The notes below the pieces were generated by a model, which searched no databases, was not told the origin of the DNA, and worked only from the letters and a program-made list of their open reading frames with translations. Source: Trypethelium eluteriae (Eukaryota). From it: 64,000 nucleotides of DNA. Positions within the stretch are counted from its first letter, which is position 1; each line of letters begins with the position of its first letter. Below are positions 11,521 to 23,314 of this stretch, in pieces. A program made the translations under genes and the position numbers. Location of the stretch: NCBI GenBank assembly GCA_051942245.1, contig JAVECL010000023.1, positions 1 through 64,000 on the forward strand. The letters run 5' to 3'.

Positions 11521-14374
11521 TCAGCCTCCTTTCCACCCGGACTCCTCTCCACCCCTATTGTTAATGGCCTCACGACCTCCTGTCCCTTCCTGTACTGCCT
11601 GAAGCCGCCTCAATAGGTAGTCTCGCCTCTCTTTTAGGGTCAGATCACGACCCAATCTGCGCTGTTTGTCCTGCAATGCGAGCTCATCTTCTTTTGTAGA
11701 GGGATAGCCCTGCTCTGCAGCACGCCATTTTTCGTCGTACCCATCATCACTTCCATCAGATGTCATATCCAATGAATTTTTGTCTTTCTCGTAAGCAGAT
11801 TTAGTCTTGCCGTGGTCTTCAAGCCCTATTTCTGATGAACCCGTCTCTGTCTCCGGAGAGCGAATTTGGGAGGCTGTTATAGAGTGAGGAGGTACGGACG
11901 CAGTGATATTGAGTTGTAGTGGTTCGTATTCTCCCTCCTTCTCGGAAAGTTCGATCTCCTGCTCTTGCGGATGAGTAGAAGACCCCAGTTCAAAGGTGGA
12001 GCCTGTATCTGTGTCACCAGCAGTTTCCCAGTCCATACAAGAGACCGTGGTATGAGCATGGGATTGAATTTCGTGATCGAAGAGTAGATTGTCTTGGACA
12101 ACGAAGTTCTGATAAGGCGGCGTCAGCATGCGTTTCAAATGCAATAAGCTAGAAGATGGGTCAAACTGACATGCAGCGCATCTGGTAAAGGGATTGTCTG
12201 CTCAGAGCGAGCTTTGTCATTAGCATACACCAGTAACGCCTCTTTAGCATTATTCGAAGCATCGTTGAGAACATCATCAAGAGACACTTCCTGTGCAACT
12301 CCGTTAGCACAGTATTGTTGAGGTGGACAAGAGTCGAGTTTCCATACAGAGACACTGAAGTCTTTGGTCGATGACCATGAGAAGTCCTGGCACCACCATT
12401 GGAAACCATCTTGGTCCGGTGAAGAATTCCATGAGCCCGTGGGCACTGAAGGTTGCAACACAAAGGTTTTCTTGCCTTCTATGCAGACACCGCGAAGAGA
12501 ATACCGATGGTATTGAGGCACTATTAAGTCTTCACGCAATAGCTCTTGCCTCGCCTTCTCAATGGCCTCTTGGTGTTCATCAATTTGCTTAGTCAATCCA
12601 TCGACTTTCCAATTGAGCCAATCGAGGATATGTTCAAGTTGTTTGATAGTACTCGCCTCCCGAGAATCGATTTCAGGGACATTCTCATCGAAGCTGGGAC
12701 TGACTTCAAAGCTATTTCTTTCCCGACGATCCTGACCGGCTTTCAAAAGGGAAATGGTGATCTCTAGTAGCTCTGTGCCTGCGACCTTTCCCAATTGCGC
12801 AGAATGCGTATGGCTTGAGATATCTTCTATCTGCTCTTTCAAGCTTTTGACGGTCTGCTCGTGTTCCTGGATCTCCATGTGCCTGTAATGCATTGATTCG
12901 GAGTTCTCTTCCAGGTATCGATCAAGGTGGATTATCGGGGGCACAGAAACACCGAGCCCATCTAACTGACTACTGGACTGTTTCTGACGGATGTCGATGC
13001 ATATGATATCAGAAGCTTGTCTAACAAAGGCTCGACGATCAGCTGAGGGCCAGAGAGCAGAGTTCAACTTTTCGTAGATATTATGGATAGCACCATCAAG
13101 TTCCAGGAGGAAGCAGATGTCATCTTCAAAGTCGCTTTCTCGGCCCTTTGTTGTATAGATGACTCTTGTCGTAAACAGATTGCGTCTCGCAGGATCAGGC
13201 TTGATCTTTTCGGCAATACTGAGCCACTCGTCTAATGCTTTGGCATATTCTCCCTTTGTGCTCTCGCGAGAGTCAAGGATTTCGGCCAAATACCTGGGTC
13301 TCGCATATTTTCTTTGGGTCTCGTCGAGAAAAGCCATCAGGCGCTGCATTTCCAAGATTATATCGAAATCCTGCTTGCTCAAATTTGGCGTGTCCTCCAT
13401 GACCACGCCCTGATTGATTTCATCGCCCTGATACCATGTTGCTAGCTGACCCAAGTCCCCTTGCTGATAAGAGGGAAATATAAGCGCATTACGGGCTGCT
13501 GGTATACTGTGTAGGATTGTAATCAGACCAGGCTTGAACCCCTTCTCTCTCCTTGAAATCGGAGAAAGCGTCGCCGGAGCTCCTTCACTTCTCTTTCTTT
13601 CGAATGGATCTTCTGGATGATCGGCAATCTCTATAGCTGATTCGGTAGTCCCGACTCTAGTCAATGCCCATTTTGACTCATCATACTGAGCTCGTGTCGC
13701 AGGACCGAAATAGGTCTGACCAGGCAAGTCAACAACTCCACTTTGCTGTGGAAGCGTGACTGGCCCAGGATCCTGCCCTAATGATATTTTTGTAGCTCTT
13801 TGCACATCCCAATCCTCCTGACTCATTGGAGTATACTGACTTGCCTCTCGTGTGCTTCCATTGTTACTCCGATGACTGACCCGAGATGGAGGTCGAGAGG
13901 GCGCAGCGTTTGGTTGGAGGAACTCGCCGAAGGCTGATGTAGCAAGTGATCAGAGCCATACTTCGCAGTGCAACTCAAAGATTATAGCTCCTGGCCCACT
14001 TACCGGGCTGAGCTTCCTCCTGCGCGTGACCGGCATTGTCTGTAGTCCAGGCAGACTCGTTCCATGAACTATCAACGGAGTTTTCCTCTGGTAGGCGAAT
14101 CTGAGAAAGTCAAGGATCATCAGAAAGCACCAATATTGAGAAGGAACTTTGGAGCGACAAGCTTACGTTGTCTAGAATTGCACTAATGGCTCGTTCGGCA
14201 TTCCCGTCATAATGCTATAGATGCAGACACTCGGATTTAGCAAAAGGAATCAAGCGCGCGCGGATGGATCATACGAAAACATACCTTAAGATATCGGACG
14301 ACAGTGTCTTCGTCTGCGGCCGTGAAATCCTTTACTTGGTCGATGTGGTCCTGCGAGAGGCCCACTGACTCCAT
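11521..14374 (-). CDS. UBA-like/UIM-containing ubiquitin-binding protein with a degenerate USP-like body (Rup1-like), multi-exon
   Basis: ATG at 14374; short N-terminal exons give a UBA-like helix bundle (IDQVKDFT...VVRYLKHYDGNAERAISAILD) and UIM-like EDWDVQRATKISL; ORFs 12135-13826 and 11521-12144 join through a GT-AG intron. Confidence 0.7.
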
Positions 14375-15153
14375 GGGTATTGCTAAGGTCACCTAAGTAT
14401 TTGGGAGTCTCCGGTTTCACCACAGATATCCCAAAGATTAAGCATGGAGAAGAGCGTGAAGAGTGCGACCACTTTCACTGAGTATGATTCGTGTTTCCAC
14501 TGTGGCCGTGTAGTATTGACGTGTCGTGTCGTACACGACTGTAAAATGACCATAGTAAGGTTGAGAGCTCTTTGAGCTGTACTTATGACGTGCATGCTCC
14601 ATGCTACTCACCACCGGGGAACTACCTAACCACCCCCCGCCACAGCTGGGTCAAACACCTCCGTCCCTGCTTGTTTACTTATCTATCATCTGCAAAAAAT
14701 AATGACATCAGAGGGCTAGATTCTTGAGTGAAGCCTTCCAGTCGTATTTCACTACTTCTACTGGGAGATAGGTGGGTACTCAAAATCAGCGTCACGCTGA
14801 GGCCCCTAGTCTTAGACTCACAAAGAGAGGCTACATAATGAGAAACGCCGTCAATGCGCCATTAGATGCAGAGTATGCCGCCGAAAATGCTGCCCAATCT
14901 TGTCCTGGCGCCATGCTTAAGCCAACAAAAAACAAACAGACTAGGAGAATGACAAATTGAGCACCATGCAAAGAACAGGAGATATGCGATGTAAAGACGT
15001 GACGTAAAGATCCTCCGATCCCAGCAGAACAGCGATTATTGATCAAGTCTGCAAATCATGGTACCAGCTAGGGGTCAAGAGTGGGTTTGGCCATGACTTG
15101 ACAGAAGACGAGTGAAACCGGACGCAACGTTAATATGCGGCCCTCAATGATGT

Positions 15154-15831
15154 TCAGTGGTGCTCTTCTGCTTCTTCTTGGTCACCTTCAGTATCTTCAT
15201 CCTCATCTTCGTCAAACGGCATGTCCTCATCCGAGTCGCTGCCTCCAAAATCATCCTCTTCATCCGAATCTTCCCAGCTCATCAGGATTTCTTCTTCCTG
15301 CTTTGTCTTGAATGCGTCATCATGACTCGGCATCACATAACCTTCAGGAATGTCCCGCTTCGATGCTTCCAAATCCGCTTTGACGCGCTCCTTGTATTCC
15401 TCAGGGTTCTTGCGAAGCATCACGCCAGCATCGACATTTGCTGGTGAGCTGACTTCGGCGTCGTCGAGGAGTGAAAGTATAGAGATCAGTACCGACTCGA
15501 CGCGCTGAGCCGGAGACCAGCGCTCAGCCGCAAGCTCGCCTGACATCTCGTCCTCACCCGGAGCATGTAGGATCGAAATGCATAACCGTCCGTCGGGGTA
15601 GACATTTGGGTGATAGAGGGGCCGGGTGAACCTGAAGTCTGGTGGGCTGTAGGGATAATTCTTTGGAAAATTCATTATTGCCCTAAAGTACCCCCGATAA
15701 TATAGTGAGTCTGGGTTGAGCACGATGAGGGCTATACTCCATCGGTAGATATCATCATCTATGAGTTGAATATTGGTCCATGGTTCTTTAGATAGGGTCT
15801 TGTACTCATTCATCAGAACACGTTCCGCCAT
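15154..15831 (-). CDS. Ubiquitin-conjugating enzyme E2, Cdc34/Ubc15 class with acidic loop and acidic tail
   Basis: HPNVYPDGRLCISILH (catalytic Cys), acidic insert PGEDEMSGE, ERWSP, SPANVDA, D/E-rich tail. Intronless. Confidence 0.92.
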   Translation of the reverse strand: MAERVLMNEYKTLSKEPWTNIQLIDDDIYRWSIALIVLNPDSLYYRGYFRAIMNFPKNYPYSPPDFRFTRPLYHPNVYPDGRLCISILHAPGEDEMSGELAAERWSPAQRVESVLISILSLLDDAEVSSPANVDAGVMLRKNPEEYKERVKADLEASKRDIPEGYVMPSHDDAFKTKQEEEILMSWEDSDEEDDFGGSDSDEDMPFDEDEDEDTEGDQEEAEEHH

Positions 15832-17752
15832 GATCGCGTCTCGGTGAAAGTTCCAAAGTGGTGTTCTGGAAGTCTAGATCCAAAGACAAAGATATCAATC
15901 CTTATCCGATGGGGTCCTGATGATGAGGTCGGAGTAGTGGGTCAAGACGTAAATTTTGTTGGTTTGCTTGATGTGCTATGAACAGTAAATTTGGTATGTT
16001 GAGCAGTTGAACCAGGCAAAAGGACAGTTTCCGGCGAAGTAAAAGAGGCGTATTATAAACTGGTGGCAGTGACGAGGCGTGAGAAGGAGTTCAAAGGCTA
16101 AGTTCTCGTGATTCTTGCTGAATCACAGCCCAAGCAAGGCCAAGTCATGCGAGTCGGAACTCGGCCGCTTTCGGCAAGACAAGTGAGAATACTCACGTGC
16201 CATGCCTTGGCCATTTATTCTCCATAAGAACCAAGGTTAGGTACCTTACATGTTCCTAGTCTTCTCCGTTGCTGACTCCGTGGAAGGCGTTTCTTCGCAA
16301 CAGCGTTGCTGATTCGACTGGAATGCAACATATTTGATGGCATTCATCCTGCGCTAACTCCTTCATCCGGTTTGACCCTCAGTCGTGACCTGAGAGGACG
16401 TGTGAAGATTGAATAAGGGAGCAGCGCATGGACTCAGAGATGAAACAATTCTACCCATTTCCAGATTCTGAGATTCTATCACAAGTATTAGCCGGTAAGG
16501 CATCACCAAGCTTACCAAGAGTCGCTTCATTTGTGATGGTATATGTGGCGCGATAAGCTGCTCGTTTGAGATCTCTCATTTTGGCCCTCGTCTGGATCTT
16601 TAGGTGGGTCTTGATTCCAGCGCTTCATGATCTCAGAGAACGCCAAACAACCCTTTCCTGGGACTTCACTTTCATATAAACAAGCGCCTATTTCAGGTTT
16701 GATATCGTACCTACTGTGTACGGCCCAGCGTTGCTCTTTGGTTCTTTCTCTTAGTAGATTTGGATGTCCTGAGCGAATTTCCGAATTTGCTCCGTTCTCA
16801 CTTTTAGACCTTTCTACAAGCTAACCATCGCAATCATGCTAGTCTCATTATTTACTACATACTTCTATTCAAGAATGTGAACCACGTCGTTTTGGGTGAG
16901 CCGGATGACCTTTCGTCAACTACTTCGTCTGTTGTCTCGTTTGCTCCTTACGTTCGCGAAAGGAAGCTTAGTAGCGGAACTGCTTTAGGAGTCATTTCGT
17001 GTTGGTGGAGTCTTATTTCCTTCTTTGAATGAGATATCTCGTCGTGCTGTGGGGCTTTCGTAGTCAGAAATTTGTGGTAAAGAACTTCCTGGCAATCCGT
17101 GTTGCAAGTTGCCTGTATTCCGTTCCAATCTACCACCCTTGAAATAGGGATGTCTACTGAACCGCCATCTTCCGTGCTTTTTTCCGAGAGGCACCGTTGT
17201 CCAGTCAGTATTAGAGAGACAGCAGTCGGCGTGCTAGCAATTTGTTACACGAGGACGGTGACCCTAGGCAGTTTTTTCGCCGTGACTCTTTGTTATTTGA
17301 GACAGAAAAGATAAAGTTGAGAGTTACTATCACTATACTAGCGAGAGTCTTTTGGAGAAAGGAAAAGGGGGAAATGCATGGGAGAACCTCGAATGTTGAA
17401 CGTACCTTACGCTTTGTTTCTTCTACCCGGAAGCGGTTCGCCTGTTGGATGTGGTTAGAGTATCTGGACGATAGCTAATCGCGCTGTCTTGAGTCTCATA
17501 GCAAAGCTTCTTCCGGCGGATATCCAAACAGGAAGCCAATGAGTAATTGACCTTTCAGCACTTTGGTTCGAGGAATAACTTTGAAGTGGACTTAGCCAGG
17601 TCGAAACAAGCTAGGGGGGATATCACTTCGTTTTCGGACAAGTAAGCTATCTGATCTCACCAGGTAGAACTTTGAAAGGGCGACGTAAGTCTAGTTTGAG
17701 ACCATTATAGAGATAATATATTGCACAATATAAGGTTCCCGTAACATATTGC

Positions 17753-17823
17753 GCATCGATAGGCCAGTGGTAGACTGCAAGCTTCCCATGCTTGCGCCCC
17801 GGGTTCGATTCCCGGTCGATGCA
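17753..17823 (+). tRNA. tRNA-Gly, anticodon CCC, intronless
   Basis: Acceptor GCATCGA/TCGATGC; D loop AGTGGTA; anticodon arm CAAGC-TTCCCAT-GCTTG; T arm CCGGG-TTCGATT-CCCGG; discriminator A. Confidence 0.93.
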
Positions 17824-17836
17824 ATTATTGTCCATT

Positions 17837-17880
17837 ATTTTCGGAAATCTTTTTTTTTCTTTTTGTTTTTCCTTTTTTTT
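17837..17880 (+). terminator. Pol III oligo(T) terminator tract after the tRNA
   Basis: Several T runs begin about 14 nt downstream of the tRNA 3' end. Confidence 0.7.
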
Positions 17881-18069
17881 ATGCAGTCGCTATATCTGGA
17901 AATGACTCTCACATTGATACGTCTTACTGTATTCGTTGGAAGCGGGAGGCTGGTCGCCGCTGTGTGGTGAGATTTGTGACTTAGACACATCTCGCAGCAG
18001 GCCTCCCCACTGTGATGTCAACCTGAATGCTGAGAATCTCTTACCTTCCTCGAAGCTAATGCAAACAGG

Positions 18070-19403
18070 ATGTCCAAAGAAGCTAAAATACAAAAGACCA
18101 TTGCGCGCCAGCAAGCAAAGTACGCTCTACCCAATTATTGGTCGCATATTAATATCCATGAAATTTCAGTACTAACAAAGCAAATTGATAGGATAGAAGA
18201 AGGCCAGTTTTACGAAGCCCATCAGCAACTGCGCGTCCTTGCCGCAAGGTATATAAAAGCACAAGATTGGAATGCAGCAGTCGATCTTCTATCTAGGGGT
18301 GCTGCCCTGCTGCTCGACGCAGGACAGGGTGCTTCTGGAGGCGATTTATGCATCTACCTGATGGAAGTGTATGGAAAGGCAGAAATCAAGCCAGATGGTG
18401 GGAGTCGGGATCGGCTGTTGGGACTTGTCCGGAAGATGAAGAGAGGTGAACCTATGAAGAGGCGTTTTGTGGGTGAGATGATCGGGTGAGTAGGCTCTGA
18501 GTCCTCATGATTACAGCAAATCCACATAAAGGCTTGCATAAAGGCGTTGTATAGGGAACAAAGTTATTATTACTAAATTTAAGGGAGCCTGACTGACAGT
18601 CATCCCAGCTGGTCATCGAAATTTGGCGACTTCCCAGCTGGCGATCCTGAGCTTCACCACGTTGCAGGAACCATATTTGCAGACGGTTTGTTATTGTTCC
18701 GACTATCATGCCATACATTGCTCGCTGATTCGATCAATCCCAAGATCATGAACCTTACGATGCAGAGCACCACCTGACACTTGGTACGCGCGACTCTTCA
18801 TCCGTTCTTACGAATCTGGAGTACAACTGGTATGTCCTAACTGGCGAACCTCATACTGCTCCTCTTTTTGCCGCCCGTGCCATCTTTCCATATCTTCTGG
18901 TTGGAAATGTCCGTGCTGCAAATCAATGCTATCTTCTATTCGCCTCTCAGCTCTCGTCCTCCAATCCTGGTCTTGCTGTTCAAGAAGTCAACTCGGGTCC
19001 AATCACGACATTCTCTACCGACAAAAGCACTTCGCCCCCACAGCCGTCAACATCGTCCAAACCCCCGAATCTCGAGTTTCGCGTCCACGCTTCCCTACCA
19101 CTCCTAAATTTCCTCGGTCTTCTTTTACTCGCCGTTCAGCGTGGCGCGCCCGAGCTATTCCGCACCCTCAAGACACATTACAAAGAGCAGTTGAAGGAGC
19201 TCGACGGTGCTTGGGATGAAGCGCTAGCGCAGGTCGGAGAGATGTACTTTGGGATAAGGATACCAAGCCAGAATAATCCCTTAATGGATATGATGGGTAG
19301 CTTTTTGATGGGTGGTAATGTGCCGAAGAAGCAAGGACAACAGGGTGGGAGGCGGATAGAAGGAAGGTCTAGCCCTGCGCCGCCTGCGCCGGCGGTTGAT
19401 TGA
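18070..19403 (+). CDS. GET4: Golgi-to-ER traffic protein 4 (Get4), 4 exons
   Basis: KIQKTIARQQA, EGQFYEAHQQLRV, GASGGDL, spliced WSSKFGDFPAGDPELHHVAG, C-terminal YFGIRIPSQNNPLMDMMGS. Confidence 0.9.
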
Positions 19404-19643
19404 CGTAGAGGCAGCTCCAGAACGGAAGAATAATTGCCGACAATGGGTAGAGCGATACTACCGTGTGGTATATTCCAATGCTTGACCACCAGAAACAAGT
19501 GATAGAAATGGTACGGAGGACTTATGCAACAAGACTGCTAGGAGCCGTGCCGTGAAACCCTTGAATATTAGGTCATGGTGAATGAGGACCAAATCTTTGC
19601 CAGGCACCATATCAAGTCGGAAGTCCTGTTACAACAGAATAGC

Positions 19644-20491
19644 TCATTGGGTGTGCTCTCTTGTTGCGTCTTCCGATTCGAACATCCAGTTGTCATCGTC
19701 AAGTGAATTAGTCTTTTCCCGAAGGTATGCCATGTTAGCTATATGCATTTCTGCCCTATATTAGTTTTACACAGTTGAACAGCCGCAAATACATACCGGT
19801 AAGATCAAGTTGTTGTCCCCTCTGGCTTCGATATAACTCTAACAATCCCCGATCCCTCTCTATGGCATCATAGTTAGCCTGAGTTTCATCTGGATCGCGT
19901 CTGGGTTGCAGTGACACTTGACGCACGTCTTCTATCTTCCTCCGTTTCTATCCCCCCGCATATCCGTTCTCCATCCAGAACTATATCCTGAAAGACCTGT
20001 CCGCCAACAGTGAGAAAGCTCTCGTATTGTCCATTGGCATCTCTTTTGACGATTTCATGGCCCTCGAGCACCACATCACCTTCCCTCCTACCTTTGGTTT
20101 CTGTCCCACCAGCGGTATCTTTCCGTCTATGCCTACCAGTCACGCTCCCATCTTCGGTATTACGACTTCCCCGCACAATAGCATCCCTTGTGGATGAGGG
20201 GTCTGTTGTAGCTGGATTTGAGCTACTGCCGTGAATCCGACCAGCTCGAAGAGCTTTTTGATAAAAGGCGTTCCCCTTTCGGCGCTGATCTTCGGGAGAC
20301 GGAGGAGGAAGAGCGGGGATGACAGCAGTTGCTTGTCGAGAAGGGTGATGAATCGTGGATGCCATAGATGTGCTGGAGTTGGGCCGATGCTGCGGAACGG
20401 AGGGAGCGGGTCTATGTTCGTGGAGAGATTGATTTGAGGTGGCATTAGTACGCGAGGAAGGCCGAGCTGTGTTGGAATTACGCGATGTCAT
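19644..20491 (-). CDS. Hypothetical 3-exon protein, mostly low-complexity, ending in an APC16/Apc9-like helix
   Basis: ORF 19886-20491 splices (GTGCGT...GCTAAC...TAG; GTATGT...ACTAAT...CAG) to QRDRGLLELYRSQRGQQLDLTEMHIANMAYLREKTNSLDDDNWMFESEDATREHTQ*. Confidence 0.65.
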
Positions 20492-21890
20492 CGGATGGAT
20501 TTAGATAGTAGTGCCCTAAGTGAGAGTCGTTTGAGTGATTTGCAACAATGTTGATAATTGTGAAGAGGACCGGGGTCGCTGCTACTGTTGTCTGCACTGT
20601 TTTTCATTTCATCTCGAAAGTACTGTAGGATATGGGTAGGTAAAAACAACAACCACGATCATTACCTAGATAGGCTAGATTTCCGCTACCTAAGGCTAAA
20701 AGCAGTAATCCAAGTCACCGACCCAATCTCAGCTTAATCTAGGCTAAAGCTGCATAATTTCTTATTAGGCCCACACAGGCTTAGGTAGCTCAAGTTAGGC
20801 TCAGGCCTGCTCAAGCGTTGCTCAGATCTACTCAGGCATCGACCAGGTCTACTCGGTCCCTTCTTCATATTGGTTTAATTTTACGGCCTTATATCTTGCA
20901 AAGAGCGTCGATGGCATGCATAGGAACAAGGGCCTATATCAAATTATCTCAACTTTACAGTCTGAGAGATAGGTTTTTGTTTCTCACTGGACGTATCGGT
21001 TTTGGTCTGGCTGGAGGTAATATCCGACGTGGATCCAAGAAGAGGCCTACCATTGTCCGCACAGTGAGCATGAGCGCGGTTCATGCCAGATCAGTGAACG
21101 GAGCGAATTTCCCAGTAGGCCACTAAAGTCAATCAACCCAAGTCGATTATGTAGAGCGTGTGGATGTCATTCCTCCCTCTGCAAAGCCGCCAGTGGCCAC
21201 TACTAGTTAGGGGTAGGTATGTATGACGGTCACCAGCGGCTCAGGATACTGCGTTGAGGAGAATTTTGCGGTAAAGCATAAGGTACACCAAATTCTCTGC
21301 CACATTAGCTCAAAACCCATTTTCGCTGACTTTGGTTAGTAAAGCTCTGCTCGAGAGGCATACAGGCAAGCCATCGGCCGTACGAGGTCGCGAACTGATC
21401 AAAAGACTGCACTACATTTTCTATCACCGCGGTTCAGGATTCTTCACTCCAAGATCGGCCAGTAAAGCTACGATCTACAGTGCCGAAAAGGTCGCAGATG
21501 GCACGAACAATGGTAGTAAGAAATTGGCGCAGTTCATGAAAGCCTTTGCCAAATCTTGCGCTGCAGCAGGCGAGAGGCTTGACATGAAAGTGAAAGAGAG
21601 GGACGATGTTCCGGGATCCAGGGTAGCCAGTCGTCCTATGTACAACCATGGTTGGGATGAGACTGCCCAAATAGGGGGTATCGATTCTAGCCCTAGGTAG
21701 GAATCTGCCGCAGAGTGATAGCTCCTGCACCTTCTAATATCGTACCAGGGCTTCCCTTGGGTATTAATGTCAAGACTCTTCTGAGCAGTCCTCATTCAGC
21801 AACAGAATCAAACCTCCCTACTCCACAAACTAGTGCTCGAGAGAAATTTCACCATCAAGAACTCTATTCTTCAACAGCACCTCTTACAAG

Positions 21891-22511
21891 ATGACCTCGA
21901 AGGACGTCGTAGCCTACAACACGCTCCCGTCCCTCCGCCAAGCCGCTGCAAGGATGGATGAGAAGACAAGGGCCCTTCTCTTTGGAGACATACGGAACCT
22001 CTTCCTCGAATCCGGAGTGAACGACATGTACGGTCTTTGTTTGCTACACAAGCACTTCCCAATCGACGACTCGGAACGGCTCGTTGAGTATGGCCACACA
22101 TCTACGCCCTGGAGAAAACCAGATGATGGGGGTGATACCAAATACGGGGGGGCTATTGCCGCCCGTTCGTGGCGATCGGTTGAGGGAATAATGATCCCGT
22201 ATGAGTTCTTCTATTCGGATGTTGCCCCAAGCTACAACACGGCATTCGCGGCCAAGTTGTCCATTCTCTTGCATGAGCTCGGTGTCCAGGAAACATTTGG
22301 TCTACGTTATCTGGGCGGACATGACTCTGCTTTATCGATGGAAATTACAGAGGGAAGGGCAAATATCATGATGCCGCGTGGGGCGATTCCTGACTCGGAG
22401 GTAATCGATGCTCTTTGGATTTTCGGCGTTGACGAGGATGACCGCTGCAACTGCGGAGAGGTCTGCTTCAAGACTAGCAGTGGTCATGATAGGGACCACA
22501 AATGTGGGTGA
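21891..22511 (+). CDS. Uncharacterised fungal protein (YGLCLLHKHF motif, Cys/His-rich C-terminus)
   Basis: 206-aa intronless ORF with globular-protein composition; ends RCNCGEVCFKTSSGHDRDHKCG. Confidence 0.75.
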   Translation: MTSKDVVAYNTLPSLRQAAARMDEKTRALLFGDIRNLFLESGVNDMYGLCLLHKHFPIDDSERLVEYGHTSTPWRKPDDGGDTKYGGAIAARSWRSVEGIMIPYEFFYSDVAPSYNTAFAAKLSILLHELGVQETFGLRYLGGHDSALSMEITEGRANIMMPRGAIPDSEVIDALWIFGVDEDDRCNCGEVCFKTSSGHDRDHKCG

Positions 22512-22608
22512 TCGTGAGGACAGAGAAAACATGGAGAGGAAGCTATAGTACACACTCGTTTCAGTTTGTTTTCTAGTCTTGGATTCCAATAGTCATAGAG
22601 GTACTCAT

Positions 22609-23314
22609 TCATTTACTTTTGGCGGCTCTCAACATGCTCGTGAACGTGCCTTGCGCAGTCCGAACTGCTCCGACCGCTGTGTAGCCAAACTTTGCATACA
22701 AATGAACTGCAGCTGGGGAAGCCATCACAAAAGAAACGTATCCGTGCTCATCAGCCCGCCGACAGCCCCAATCCAAGAGTAAAGAGGCAGCACCTTGTCT
22801 TTGATAGGTAGGATTTACTGAGATCGCCTGAAGACCTAGTACACCGAATTTAGAAAGCGTTAATTTTACGCAAAGATAGGGAATACTTACGCCAGATATT
22901 ATGGAGATCCCGCAGTATCCTCGTCCTTTCTGCTCTCAGAAGTTTTGAGACTTGAGACCAGCTCTGGATATCCAGTGTTGTTGGAAGCTCACGAATGCAA
23001 CGTTTAGAGCTATTGTCTGCTTTGTCTTTGTGTTCCTGCTTTTGTGAAGCTTGATCCAGGCTCCAGATGGCGAAGCCGACTGGCAGACCAGTTTCTAAGC
23101 AGACTGTACGGATTTCAAGTATTCCAGATTCGAGGTTCTGTTGTAAGCTTTGAACTGTCCATAGAATCTCTTGTTCAACTTCTCCCTCTGTGGCTTGACA
23201 ACAGCGTGGAAACATAATTTTTCGCAGAGGATTATCAATCATCGCTGGGAACTCGCACTGGCGAATTAGAAGATCGGCTTGATCAACAGCTGCAGTAGAT
23301 ATTTTAAAAGACAT
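22609..23314 (-). CDS. GNAT-family N-acetyltransferase, 2 exons
   Basis: Exon 1 from ATG 23314 (PVGFAIWS) to GTAAGT donor at 22890; exon 2 gives AISVNPTYQRQGAASLLLDWG (acetyl-CoA motif A) and ASPAAVHLYAKFGY; TGA at 22609-22611. Confidence 0.85.

Noticed and set aside
16300..17500. Interrupted minus-strand frames upstream of the E2 gene
   Set aside because: Candidate splices led to early stops and no family motif was recognisable.
18486..18608. C/D snoRNA in GET4 intron 2 (ATGATTA...CTGA)
   Set aside because: The CTGA coincides with the branch point, there is no clear terminal stem, and no rRNA guide was recognised.
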